A stretch of 64,000 nucleotides of DNA, from positions 46,539 through 110,538 of IMG/VR virus record IMGVR_UViG_3300040801_003393, one strand, 5' to 3'. How positions within the stretch are numbered: position 1 is the first letter of the stretch; every line of letters starts with the position of its first letter. This DNA comes from a virus. Below the pieces are notes generated by a model, which saw nothing but the letters and a program-made list of their open reading frames with translations, had not been told where the DNA came from and searched no databases. The position numbers and the translations under genes were made by a program. Shown here piece after piece: positions 20,693 through 30,180 of this stretch.

Positions 20693-22189
20693 ATGGCGTA
20701 TACGATTAACTTAACAGATGGTACAATCCTAACCACAGTGGCAGATGGTACTATTAATACCGATACTAGTATGGTTATTATCGGAAAAAACTATGCTGGT
20801 TACGGAGAATTTTTGGGCGAAAACTTTGTACGTTTGCTCGAAAATAGCGCAAATGCAACAGCACCTGCAAACCCATTGCGCGGTCAACTTTGGTTTGACA
20901 CTAGTGATGGCGTTTTAAAGGTGTACAATGGATCTACTTTTAAGAATTTAGGTTCAGCAGCAACATCTGCAACAGCACCGGCTACAGGCGTAGTTGGTGA
21001 TTTATGGTTTGATCCGGTTAATTCCCAGTTAAACGTATATGATGGTGCGAACTGGATTTTAGTAGGACCAAGTTTTACAGCAGGAACAGGGACTACAGGA
21101 GCAATACCTGATATTATTGCTGATACTATTGCTGTTGATCATATCGTTGTAAAGTTTTATGTCGAAGACGATATTGTTGGGATTTTGAGCAAAGATGCTG
21201 CATTTACTCCAGGTACGCCAATTCCAGGATTTACTCAAATTTTCCCAGGATTTAACTTAGCAACTAGCATTGGTGGCGAAACATTAGAATTTGTTGGCAC
21301 AGCCACCGATTCTAATGCATTAGGCGGCCTAGCTAGCTCGCAGTATTTGCGCTCAGATGCAAATGATACCACATCCGGTACGCTTAAGATTTTAAATGAT
21401 GTTGGTTTATATGTTGGTGCTGATGACGACGGTCGACTTTATGTTGATACCGTCGATTTGTATTTGCAAAACCAGACTAACAACGGAGACATCCATTTCC
21501 GTGTCAATGACGGTGGCGTCAATAAGACAGTATTGACCATTGACGGACCGTCAGGCAAGGCGTTATTATATGGTGATCCTACTGTAAACTTAGGCGTTGC
21601 AACAAAACAGTATGTTGATAACTCAATTACAACAGCAATTGGCGGTGGCATTACCGGTGTATTAAAAGCAGACGGATCAGTTGATATTGCTGGTATTTTG
21701 CGTCCAGATGCAAATAACACAAGAGATTTAGGAACATCGGTGCGTAAGTTTGCAACGGTATATGCAACTACGTTTAACGGAACCTCAACAACCGCACAAT
21801 ACGCTGACTTAGCAGAACGTTTTGCGTCAGACGAAGCATACGCACCCGGAACAGTAGTTGAATTGGGTGGCGAAGCAGAAATCACAAAAGCGGTCAATGA
21901 ATTAAGTGATCGTGTTTTCGGTGTTATTAGTTCTCAGGCAGCATATTTAATGAACGCCGCCGCTGGCGACGATGTGACGCACCCGGCAGTAGCAATGAAC
22001 GGACGTGTTCCGGTTAGAGTGATCGGCAAAGTTCGAAAAGGTGATAGATTGGTATCTGCTGGTGCAGGGCTAGCTCGTGCTGTGAAGGAAGATGAAGCAG
22101 TTACTTCGTTTCACGTAATTGGTCGTTCGCTAGAAGATAAAACGACATCCGGCGAAGGCGTGGTCGAAGCGGTAGTTCGAATTAACTAA
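20693..22189 (+). CDS. Tail fibre-like protein with C-terminal intramolecular-chaperone/autocleavage-like domain
   Basis: GKNYAGYGEFLGENFVRLLEN head, repeated GQLWFD/GDLWFD, ATKQYVD, and C-terminal AQYADLAERF..GRVPVRVIGKVRKGDRLVS; SD GGAG and upstream TAAATA. Confidence 0.75.
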   Translation: MAYTINLTDGTILTTVADGTINTDTSMVIIGKNYAGYGEFLGENFVRLLENSANATAPANPLRGQLWFDTSDGVLKVYNGSTFKNLGSAATSATAPATGVVGDLWFDPVNSQLNVYDGANWILVGPSFTAGTGTTGAIPDIIADTIAVDHIVVKFYVEDDIVGILSKDAAFTPGTPIPGFTQIFPGFNLATSIGGETLEFVGTATDSNALGGLASSQYLRSDANDTTSGTLKILNDVGLYVGADDDGRLYVDTVDLYLQNQTNNGDIHFRVNDGGVNKTVLTIDGPSGKALLYGDPTVNLGVATKQYVDNSITTAIGGGITGVLKADGSVDIAGILRPDANNTRDLGTSVRKFATVYATTFNGTSTTAQYADLAERFASDEAYAPGTVVELGGEAEITKAVNELSDRVFGVISSQAAYLMNAAAGDDVTHPAVAMNGRVPVRVIGKVRKGDRLVSAGAGLARAVKEDEAVTSFHVIGRSLEDKTTSGEGVVEAVVRIN

Positions 22190-22283
22190 TGACATATATA
22201 AACGGCAACAGAACTAGATTAATAAAATTATCTGCGTTGCTGTATGAACGATATATATTAAAAAATAGCAGGAAATATAAAAT

Positions 22284-23897
22284 ATGACTTACGTGACTGG
22301 TGGAACCATCGACGATGGCGACTATAATTTATTTATTTCAGGGACAACCACTGGAGCAGCAAACCATTCGGTCCAGAACCTTAATTCACTTTGGTCCGCT
22401 GGCACAGGTGATAGGGGTTATGGTCAAGGTGGTTCGATAGCAGCGGTTTCTGCAGGTACAACCATTACTGCAACACAGTGGGCGAATTTGTTTAACAGGA
22501 TTAACACAATTGCGTCACATCAAGGGTCAACAGTTACAAGTCACCCTGCCCCATCTACCGGCGATGATATTGTTGCATACAATACATTGAACGGAGCAAT
22601 TACTACAATTTGGAATAACCGATTAAATTGTGCAGCGTCAGGTACTACAATTACAGCGGGCGGATCGGTTAATAGAACAACAGCGTGGGCATCGACACTA
22701 ACGTTTGTTATGTCGGTACAATTTGCTAGCGTATCGCAACGTCGCTATTTCTTTAACACTGGTGGAAGGGTTAATATTTCACTATCCCGATCTGGTGGTG
22801 ATGCAACTACTAAAAATTCGTCCTGGACAAGTTTATTGAGTGCATGCGGAACATTAGTGTTAACTGCTGCCTCTGGTGCAAACCAAGCTAACATTGCTGG
22901 TACAAACTATTTTGGTTTTAACAAGATTGGTGGGTCAGGCACAGAAGTTACATTAGCAACCAATATTGGCTTTCACAACTTAACTTCCACTTATCAAACA
23001 GTATTTTTAAAAAGCAGCACAACCGCACTCTATACAGAAAACCAAGTGCGTGTTCGCGCTCGCACAAATGGCAACAATGTTGAATTTGAAGTTCAATTAA
23101 CAGATAACGACGATGACCAAGGCCCAGATGATGTTGTAAATGGAACAACAAATTGTACGTTAACTGCTATACCAGCAGCAACAACTCACATTGGTAACAG
23201 TTGGGGCACCGTTACTTTATCTGGGACTCAGTCTGGACCTGACATTCCGGTATTTACCGACCCGGGGATTTTTTATGTTGGCGAAGAATTTACCAGCACA
23301 GGTGCATCTGCAATTAACTTACCACCAGACATCGAAGAAGGCGATGTTGTGTTATTCTTGCAGGTAGAGAATGACGGTGCTATTGCGCCACCAACCGGTT
23401 CAACGGCATTAGTTAGCAACAGCTTTATTATGATGTCGAGAGTCTCTCGGTATGTTGTTCCGGCGTCACCACCTGCCACATTACCAGGTTTCACCTCATC
23501 AGGCGGAGGTGTGATAGCTATTGCTTTTAGAGGAGTTGATCCTACTAACCCGATTGATGTAGTATCTACGGCATTAGGTGGACAGCCATTTGGCGCATCT
23601 TGGAGCTCACCGGATGTTACTACAACTGTGGCAGATGCAATGGTAGTTCGATTTGTGGCTACCATGCACCAGCTCCCAACTTTTATGCAATACGTAACTA
23701 GTATATCAATACCGGGTCAAGAGGGCCAGGCCTGGGTTGAGCTTAAGAATGACCCGCTTGTAAATATGGTTCGTGCTGATGCGGCATGGTACAAGCAAGC
23801 ATCTGCAGGCCCAACTGGCACAGCATTGTGGACAGAAACGCCGAACCAAAATAGATACTGGTTCTCATATACGGTTGCTTTAAAACCTGCACCATAA
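22284..23897 (+). CDS. Virion structural/fibre protein, two-part architecture
   Basis: G/T/S/N-rich N-terminal ~320 aa (RYFFNTGGRVNIS) plus a distinct Pro-rich beta-type C-terminal region; last gene before a terminator. Confidence 0.65.
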   Translation: MTYVTGGTIDDGDYNLFISGTTTGAANHSVQNLNSLWSAGTGDRGYGQGGSIAAVSAGTTITATQWANLFNRINTIASHQGSTVTSHPAPSTGDDIVAYNTLNGAITTIWNNRLNCAASGTTITAGGSVNRTTAWASTLTFVMSVQFASVSQRRYFFNTGGRVNISLSRSGGDATTKNSSWTSLLSACGTLVLTAASGANQANIAGTNYFGFNKIGGSGTEVTLATNIGFHNLTSTYQTVFLKSSTTALYTENQVRVRARTNGNNVEFEVQLTDNDDDQGPDDVVNGTTNCTLTAIPAATTHIGNSWGTVTLSGTQSGPDIPVFTDPGIFYVGEEFTSTGASAINLPPDIEEGDVVLFLQVENDGAIAPPTGSTALVSNSFIMMSRVSRYVVPASPPATLPGFTSSGGGVIAIAFRGVDPTNPIDVVSTALGGQPFGASWSSPDVTTTVADAMVVRFVATMHQLPTFMQYVTSISIPGQEGQAWVELKNDPLVNMVRADAAWYKQASAGPTGTALWTETPNQNRYWFSYTVALKPAP

Positions 23898-23913
23898 TTT
23901 TTTACCAAATTGA

Positions 23914-23952
23914 ATAATGTAAAGGGTAATTTGCCCTTTACATTATCTTTTT
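23914..23952 (+). terminator. Rho-independent terminator ending the structural module
   Basis: ataatgtaaagggt-aattt-gccctttacattat stem-loop followed by cttttt. Confidence 0.7.
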
Positions 23953-23965
23953 AATATGTTATACT
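23937..23965 (+). promoter_or_regulatory. Sigma70-like promoter for the glycosylation/radical-SAM locus
   Basis: TTTACA-17 nt-TATACT, overlapping the 3' arm of the terminator. Confidence 0.55.
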
Positions 23966-23985
23966 TTAATGTAACGAGGTATAAC

Positions 23986-24303
23986 ATGTCTAACCAAGAT
24001 TCCTTAGTTGCTCAAATCAAATATCGGTTTGATCACGAAGCAGCCAAAAAAACACTTAAAGAAAAATATGAAGCCAAAATGCTTTTTGCAGCGTTTGGCG
24101 GAATGTGGCGAGCCGGCCCAAATCTACTGTCAACACTGAACTTATTACACAGTGGCGTATCCGATGAAGCCGTGTTAGTCGACGAATATGGAAATCCCTG
24201 TAAAGTAAATGTTTTGTTGCTTAAAACTGAAGCAATGTCCCGTTGGCAGGAACAAATGAATGCCTGGTTGATAGAATTTGAAGAATTGCAAAGGCAACGA
24301 TGA
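23986..24303 (+). CDS. Hypothetical protein, first gene of the modification locus
   Basis: SD GAGGT before ATG 23986; overlaps the next gene by 4 nt. Confidence 0.7.
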   Translation: MSNQDSLVAQIKYRFDHEAAKKTLKEKYEAKMLFAAFGGMWRAGPNLLSTLNLLHSGVSDEAVLVDEYGNPCKVNVLLLKTEAMSRWQEQMNAWLIEFEELQRQR

Positions 24304-25127
24304 GCCAGGGATTCTTAATATTTGCGTTCAATAATGGAACATTTGATTATGTGAAGCAAGCATTTTGGCTTGCTGATCGTATATCACATTTCCTAAACAA
24401 ACCAGTAACTATAGTATCTGACGAAGAAAGCATCAAAGGTAAACATACCAATCATAATATAATACTAACCGTTACGGATTCGTATAGTAATAGAAGTTTT
24501 CAACAAGCAGATAATAAGAATGTATCCCGTTGGTTCAATGGTAATCGATATCAAGCCTATGAGTTAAGTCCATACGATGAGACAATAATCGTCGATAGTG
24601 ATTATGTAATTTGTTCCGATCAGTTAAATCTGTTATTTGATCAGGGCAATGATTTTTTAACACATAGATTTGTATTAGACGCTGCTTTTAAAAAAAGTTT
24701 TGATGCATTTGAAACATTCGGGCAATTACAAATGCCACACTATTGGGCAACAGTTTTGTTCTTTAGGAAATCTCAATATGCAAAAAATATTTTTGATTTA
24801 GTTTCAATGATTCGAAACAATTACAAATACTATAGTGAATTGTATAAATTCCCATCTACACCTTATCGCAATGATCATGCAGTTAGTATTGCACAAATTA
24901 TTGCAAATGGGCATAGAATAGAGTCGGTGCCAACAATAGCCTGGAGTCTTTTGACATTACCGTATGATGCAACAGTAACCCCCATAAATGATGTAACATT
25001 TGATATTTCGTATGAAAAATGGAACAGAAACAGAATGATGCCGTTGCGCAATAGAATTTCTGGAGTTGATTTTCATTGTATGAATAAGTTCGTTCTTGAG
25101 GAAATTATTGATGCCGATAAAAGATGA
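24300..25127 (+). CDS. GT-A fold glycosyltransferase-like protein (GT8-like)
   Basis: SPYDETIIVDSD (DxD) and RNDHAVSIA motifs. Confidence 0.65.
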   Translation: MSQGFLIFAFNNGTFDYVKQAFWLADRISHFLNKPVTIVSDEESIKGKHTNHNIILTVTDSYSNRSFQQADNKNVSRWFNGNRYQAYELSPYDETIIVDSDYVICSDQLNLLFDQGNDFLTHRFVLDAAFKKSFDAFETFGQLQMPHYWATVLFFRKSQYAKNIFDLVSMIRNNYKYYSELYKFPSTPYRNDHAVSIAQIIANGHRIESVPTIAWSLLTLPYDATVTPINDVTFDISYEKWNRNRMMPLRNRISGVDFHCMNKFVLEEIIDADKR

Positions 25128-25926
25128 GCGAGGATACCTAATTGTCGCCTATAATACAGGGTCGGTAGACTATGTTTCATGTGCAGAAGCTTGTGCAAAA
25201 AGTATTCGACTACATACGCCAAATGCAAAAATAGCGATACTTGGAAACGATAACATTATAACAGAAGCATCTGATGTGTTTGATTTTAAAATACCAGCCC
25301 CATATCCAGTAGGAGAAAATGGTTTCGAAGTAGATTGGCAAATTGCATGGGCAAGTCCGTTCCGCCAAACAATTAAAATCGAAGCAGATATGATAATACC
25401 TCATAGTATAGATCATTGGTGGACAATGTTAGAAAAAAAAGATGTTGTATTAACCATTGGTGCTAGAGACGTTTACGGCAACGCTTCTGATGTTAGATAT
25501 TATAGAAAAGTATTTGATGAAAACAACTTGCCTGATGTTTATAACGCAATTACATATTGGAGGTATAGTAAAACGGCAATTGACTTTTTTACATTAGTTA
25601 GAAATATTTTCCAAAATTGGAAAGAGATTCAACCAAGCATTAAGTTGGGTTTAAGTGATGTAGGCACGACTGACCTGGTATATGCAATTGCTGCTAAAAT
25701 GTTTGGAGTAGAAGAAGTTACATTGCCAAATACGTCATATCCAACACTGGTTCATATGCGTGGAAAGATTAATAATTTGATACAAGAAGATTGGACAAAA
25801 GAGTTAACATGGGAACTGGATAAATCACATATAAGAATTAACACAATCGACCAAATATATCCATTCCATTATATAGTTAAGGGGTTTAGTAAAGAATTAA
25901 ATGAGCACTACAAACAATTTTTTTGA
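25111..25926 (+). CDS. GT-A fold glycosyltransferase-like protein, paralog of the upstream gene
   Basis: GYLIVAYN..DYVSCA and SPFRQTIKIEAD (ExD) motifs. Confidence 0.6.
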   Translation: MPIKDERGYLIVAYNTGSVDYVSCAEACAKSIRLHTPNAKIAILGNDNIITEASDVFDFKIPAPYPVGENGFEVDWQIAWASPFRQTIKIEADMIIPHSIDHWWTMLEKKDVVLTIGARDVYGNASDVRYYRKVFDENNLPDVYNAITYWRYSKTAIDFFTLVRNIFQNWKEIQPSIKLGLSDVGTTDLVYAIAAKMFGVEEVTLPNTSYPTLVHMRGKINNLIQEDWTKELTWELDKSHIRINTIDQIYPFHYIVKGFSKELNEHYKQFF

Positions 25927-26245
25927 GGCGTTAAAGTTAATAGAACAACCAAAAAAGGTTGATATATTCTTTCGTTTATATTATAATGAAATTACCGGAC
26001 TTCCACTTTATTATTCAATGGAAGATCTTGAAGGACCTTACATAGAAATTTCTAAAGAAGAGTTTGCGTTAGCAGACTTCAACGTGTTTATTAAAGATGG
26101 AAAGATTAAGAAAAAGAAAATGCTTTCTATAGGGAAGTTGGTTCCAAGTAATGTGGGATATCAAGTCCATAAAGATGATATATCTATAATAGACAATACT
26201 TCAAATAGATTTTGGAATAATAAGACCTATGACGCAGACGATTGA
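25901..26245 (+). CDS. Hypothetical protein
   Basis: ORF overlapping both neighbours. Confidence 0.6.
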   Translation: MSTTNNFFEALKLIEQPKKVDIFFRLYYNEITGLPLYYSMEDLEGPYIEISKEEFALADFNVFIKDGKIKKKKMLSIGKLVPSNVGYQVHKDDISIIDNTSNRFWNNKTYDADD

Positions 26246-27170
26246 TATTGCAGACCTAGATGTTGTATTTCTGACCTATGATGAACCATTAAAGGAAGAG
26301 TTCTGGGTTAAAATTAAAAACATGGTGCCGTGGGCAGTTCGAGTCGATGGTGTTAAGGGAAGTGATGCTGCCCACAAAGCAGCGGCAGATGCAGCACAAA
26401 CAGATCGATTTATACTAATTGATGGAGATAATTTACCAGATCCAGAATTCTTTAATTTGGTATTAGAATTCCCAAATAATGAGTATAATAATGCGGTATT
26501 TCGATGGCGAGCACGGAATCATATTAACGGACTAATGTACGGCAACGGTGGAATTTCGTGCTGGACAAAAGAGTTCGTATATAATATGAAAACACACGAA
26601 GCATCTGTGGGTAACGATGAAACTGATATTGAGTTTTGCTTTGACCCGTTATATTGGCCGATGCATGATTGCTATTCCACCACCCACCCAAATCAATCTG
26701 CAATGCATGCATGGCGCGCAGGGTTTCGCGAAGGAGTAAAGATGTGCCTTAATAAAGGAGCATTGCCTACCATTGGTGAGTTTAAAGATGCAGTTCACAA
26801 GCGCAATATGGACCATTTAAGTATTTGGCATAATGTTGGCCTTGACGTTGATAATGGCGCCTGGGCAATTCTTGGAGCAAGGCAAGGTACTCGGTTAACT
26901 ATGTTTAAAGAATGGAATTATAAACAAGTACACGACTTTGATCACTTAAATACTTTGTTCATTGAGTTAACCAGTGCATTTGAACCCAATTGTGTTTTGG
27001 ATGAAATCGAACGACTAGGTGAAGAATTAGCATCGCAGTTAGATTTACCAATGTGCGTATTAACACCCAATCAAAGCAAATTCTTCAAACATCATTATCG
27101 GAGTAACTGGCGCAATCGTGGTCCAATGGTTAGAGAGATTGATGTTATTCGCGAGGAAGAAGGCTGGTGA
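26229..27170 (+). CDS. Glycosyltransferase-like protein (GT-A/GT2-like, DxD)
   Basis: LDVVFLTYDEP, FILIDGDN and AWRAGFREGVKM motifs. Confidence 0.6.
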   Translation: MTQTIDIADLDVVFLTYDEPLKEEFWVKIKNMVPWAVRVDGVKGSDAAHKAAADAAQTDRFILIDGDNLPDPEFFNLVLEFPNNEYNNAVFRWRARNHINGLMYGNGGISCWTKEFVYNMKTHEASVGNDETDIEFCFDPLYWPMHDCYSTTHPNQSAMHAWRAGFREGVKMCLNKGALPTIGEFKDAVHKRNMDHLSIWHNVGLDVDNGAWAILGARQGTRLTMFKEWNYKQVHDFDHLNTLFIELTSAFEPNCVLDEIERLGEELASQLDLPMCVLTPNQSKFFKHHYRSNWRNRGPMVREIDVIREEEGW

Positions 27171-28540
27171 ATAAATCAAAATTTTTAACTGACGCTGAGT
27201 CGATGAGGAAGAAGTTAGATAATATAAGCCCTTCTCTATGCTTAGCGAAATGGAAGCAAGTAAGTTTACATTTACCAACCGGTCTGAATAACTCGTGCTA
27301 CCACCCACCATTGCATAAAATTCCAGTAGATGAAATTCGACGCAATCCAGCTGCATTACATAACACGCCACACAAAAAAGAAATGCGCAGGCAAATGATG
27401 AATGGAGAAAGACCTGCTGAATGTTCCTATTGCTGGAATATGGAAGACAATAGAAAGTTAAGTGATCGGCATTATCGTTCAGGCGAACCGTGGGCAGCTA
27501 AGGACTTTGACGCGATTGTTGCAAACCCAGACGCAGATGTCGTTCCTTCGTATGTAGAAGTGAACTTTAACCATGCGTGCAACTTGGCGTGTTCTTACTG
27601 CTCACCTCAATTTTCATCAACTTGGATGCAACAAGCAAAATCTTTAGGAGCTTATCCAACAACTACACCTCATAATGATCCTCAGTATTTCACTGGTGAT
27701 CGTCGGCCTATTCCAAATCGTGAGGATAATCCGTATGTGGAAGCGTTTTGGAAATGGTGGCCAGATCTCTACAAAGATTTAATACATTTCCGTATGACCG
27801 GTGGTGAGCCACTTATGGATAAAAACACTTACAAGGTGTTTGACTATGTATTGGAGAACCCAAAAAAAGATTTACATTTAAATGTAACTTCTAACTTTTC
27901 TGTTGATCATGAACTGTGGTGCAAGTATTATGACTACGTCAAACACTTGTGCAACGGACAGATTGAACATTTTATGCAATATGTTTCTTTGGATTGCTTT
28001 GGCAAGCAAGCAGAGTATTTACGTGCCGGAATGGATTTTGGAACAGTTTGGCAACGAGTGCATCAATTTTTAGCAGGCATACCCGAATATAGTAGCATCA
28101 CATTTATTATTACGATGAATAATTTGTCTATCCACTCGTTTAGACAGTTGCTCGAAGGGATTTTGCAATTACGGCAATCATATAGCAGAACGTATCAACG
28201 TGTATGGTTTGACACACCTGTATTACGAACTCCCGCTTGGCAGAGTTTACAAGTATTGCCCGATCATTATGCTGATCAGTTGCAAGAAATACACGATTGG
28301 ATGTTAGAGAATCTCGAAACACCAGATAACCCTTTTAAAGGATTTAAGGATTACGAGGCACATAGACTAGACCGAGACATTGCCTGGATGCGTAATGGCA
28401 CAGATAACTTAGTGCAAAAGAAAGCAGATTTTTATCGATTTTTCTCCGAATACGATAAGCGCCATAACTATAACTTTGAAAAAACTTTTCCAGAACTTCA
28501 ACCCTTTTGGGAAGAATGTAAGTATTACGCTACCGTTTAG
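27167..28540 (+). CDS. Radical SAM protein with N-terminal Twitch/SPASM-like domain (1 of 5)
   Basis: CNLACSYC, TGGEPL; N-terminal CLAKW..SCYHP..CSYCW. Confidence 0.9.
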   Translation: MNKSKFLTDAESMRKKLDNISPSLCLAKWKQVSLHLPTGLNNSCYHPPLHKIPVDEIRRNPAALHNTPHKKEMRRQMMNGERPAECSYCWNMEDNRKLSDRHYRSGEPWAAKDFDAIVANPDADVVPSYVEVNFNHACNLACSYCSPQFSSTWMQQAKSLGAYPTTTPHNDPQYFTGDRRPIPNREDNPYVEAFWKWWPDLYKDLIHFRMTGGEPLMDKNTYKVFDYVLENPKKDLHLNVTSNFSVDHELWCKYYDYVKHLCNGQIEHFMQYVSLDCFGKQAEYLRAGMDFGTVWQRVHQFLAGIPEYSSITFIITMNNLSIHSFRQLLEGILQLRQSYSRTYQRVWFDTPVLRTPAWQSLQVLPDHYADQLQEIHDWMLENLETPDNPFKGFKDYEAHRLDRDIAWMRNGTDNLVQKKADFYRFFSEYDKRHNYNFEKTFPELQPFWEECKYYATV

Positions 28541-28577
28541 TAAATACAAAAACCACATAAAATAAAGGGAGAAAACA

Positions 28578-28838
28578 ATGGTAGATGTAGTGACGTCCGC
28601 GAACGAAGAATTGTACCGCCGAGCATTTGCAATTATGCAAAATCACACAATGGAATGTATTGAAGAAACAGTTACAGATATGGCACAATTACTGGCAAAA
28701 GTTTGCTGTGCATTTGGTGTACCGCAAGACGAAATACTAAATCAAATTACTATAGAACAATTCGACTATCATTTAAGAAAAATACTTGACAGCAAGGATT
28801 GTATGTGCAATAATAATTCGCATGACTCTAAGAAATAA
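28578..28838 (+). CDS. Hypothetical protein inserted in the radical SAM array
   Basis: Has its own TAAATA (~28541) and SD GGGAG. Confidence 0.6.
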   Translation: MVDVVTSANEELYRRAFAIMQNHTMECIEETVTDMAQLLAKVCCAFGVPQDEILNQITIEQFDYHLRKILDSKDCMCNNNSHDSKK

Positions 28839-30180
28839 AACTCGAGAAACTGATTTACAAATAAAACAACACCTGGATAGTTTTAGCCCGTCACTGTGCC
28901 TGGCAAAATGGTATAACGCCACTATATGGCTCGGTAGCGGACAAACCACTTCATGCCATCACCCACCCGCACACCAAATTAGTGTTAGCGACATTGGGCG
29001 CAATCCAAAAGCAATACATAATACCAAAGAGAAGAAAGAGCAGCGGTCCCAAATGTTGCGTGGTGAAAGGCCAGCCGGATGTGATTATTGTTGGAAGATA
29101 GAAGACATCGACTCGGAAAAGATTTCAGACCGTGTTTATAAGTCAGTCATTTATAACGACGATGATTTAGAATTTGCGGTGGGACAGAATCCAAACAATG
29201 ACTTTGACCTTAAAACCCTAGAAATTGCCTTTGACCGAACTTGTAATTTTGCATGTTCATATTGTAATCCTGCTTTTTCGTCTGAATGGGTTAAAGATAT
29301 AAAGAATAATGGGCCCTATTCCAATTTGAAATCCGATGGGAGAAATCACTTTACTCACGCACATGATTCGGCCCAGCCGTTTAAATTAGATGAAGAGAAT
29401 CCTTATGTTGAGGCATTCTTTAAATGGTGGGAAAGTGATTTGCATAAAACTCTATTTGAGTTAAGATTAACTGGTGGCGAGCCTTTGATGTCTCCATATA
29501 CATGGAGATTATTTGATTGGTTTATACAACATAAGTCAAAAATGCGGTTTGCAATCAATAGCAACCTAGGAGCAAAAGATTCCTTAATTGATAAGTTGAT
29601 AGAAACATCACACGCTATTGAGGACTTCCATCTTTATACTTCAAACGAGAGTATGTATGAACATGCAGAGTATATTCGTGACGGGTTAATTTGGGATCAA
29701 TGGGATAAAAACGTTAATAGGATAATAGAAGAAGGCAACATTAAAGGGTTCCATATGATGTGTACCATTAACGCATTATGTTTAGAATCGTTGCCAGACT
29801 TCCTAGATTATCTATTAGACCTTAAACGAAAGTATGGAAAAGATTTCCCAACGTTTACGTTAAATATTTTACGATTCCCTAGTTTCCAGAGTCCATTGGT
29901 ACTTCCGTTGGAGTTGCGTGGGTTTTTTCGTAAAAGATTGTACGATTGGTTAGTGGCTAATCAAAATAATGATCTACTTCATCAAATGGAAATTAATCAA
30001 GTTAATAGACTAATAGACTATTTAGATGTTGTAAAAACACCGCACAACAATGTATTCGATATAGAATCATTATTGCATAATGACTTTTATCATTTCTATA
30101 AGCAATATGATGAGCGCCGCCGCAAGAATTTTACAGAAACATTCTCTCAAATAGCATCCTGGTACCGGAGTTTAAAATGA
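28822..30180 (+). CDS. Radical SAM protein with N-terminal Twitch/SPASM-like domain (2 of 5)
   Basis: CNFACSYC, TGGEPL; CLAKW..SCHHP..CDYCW. Confidence 0.9.
   Translation: MTLRNKTRETDLQIKQHLDSFSPSLCLAKWYNATIWLGSGQTTSCHHPPAHQISVSDIGRNPKAIHNTKEKKEQRSQMLRGERPAGCDYCWKIEDIDSEKISDRVYKSVIYNDDDLEFAVGQNPNNDFDLKTLEIAFDRTCNFACSYCNPAFSSEWVKDIKNNGPYSNLKSDGRNHFTHAHDSAQPFKLDEENPYVEAFFKWWESDLHKTLFELRLTGGEPLMSPYTWRLFDWFIQHKSKMRFAINSNLGAKDSLIDKLIETSHAIEDFHLYTSNESMYEHAEYIRDGLIWDQWDKNVNRIIEEGNIKGFHMMCTINALCLESLPDFLDYLLDLKRKYGKDFPTFTLNILRFPSFQSPLVLPLELRGFFRKRLYDWLVANQNNDLLHQMEINQVNRLIDYLDVVKTPHNNVFDIESLLHNDFYHFYKQYDERRRKNFTETFSQIASWYRSLK

Noticed and set aside
859-23908. Numerous 60-190 aa alternative-frame and antisense ORFs within the structural genes
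   Set aside because: Fully nested in long, motif-supported genes, with no independent expression signals.
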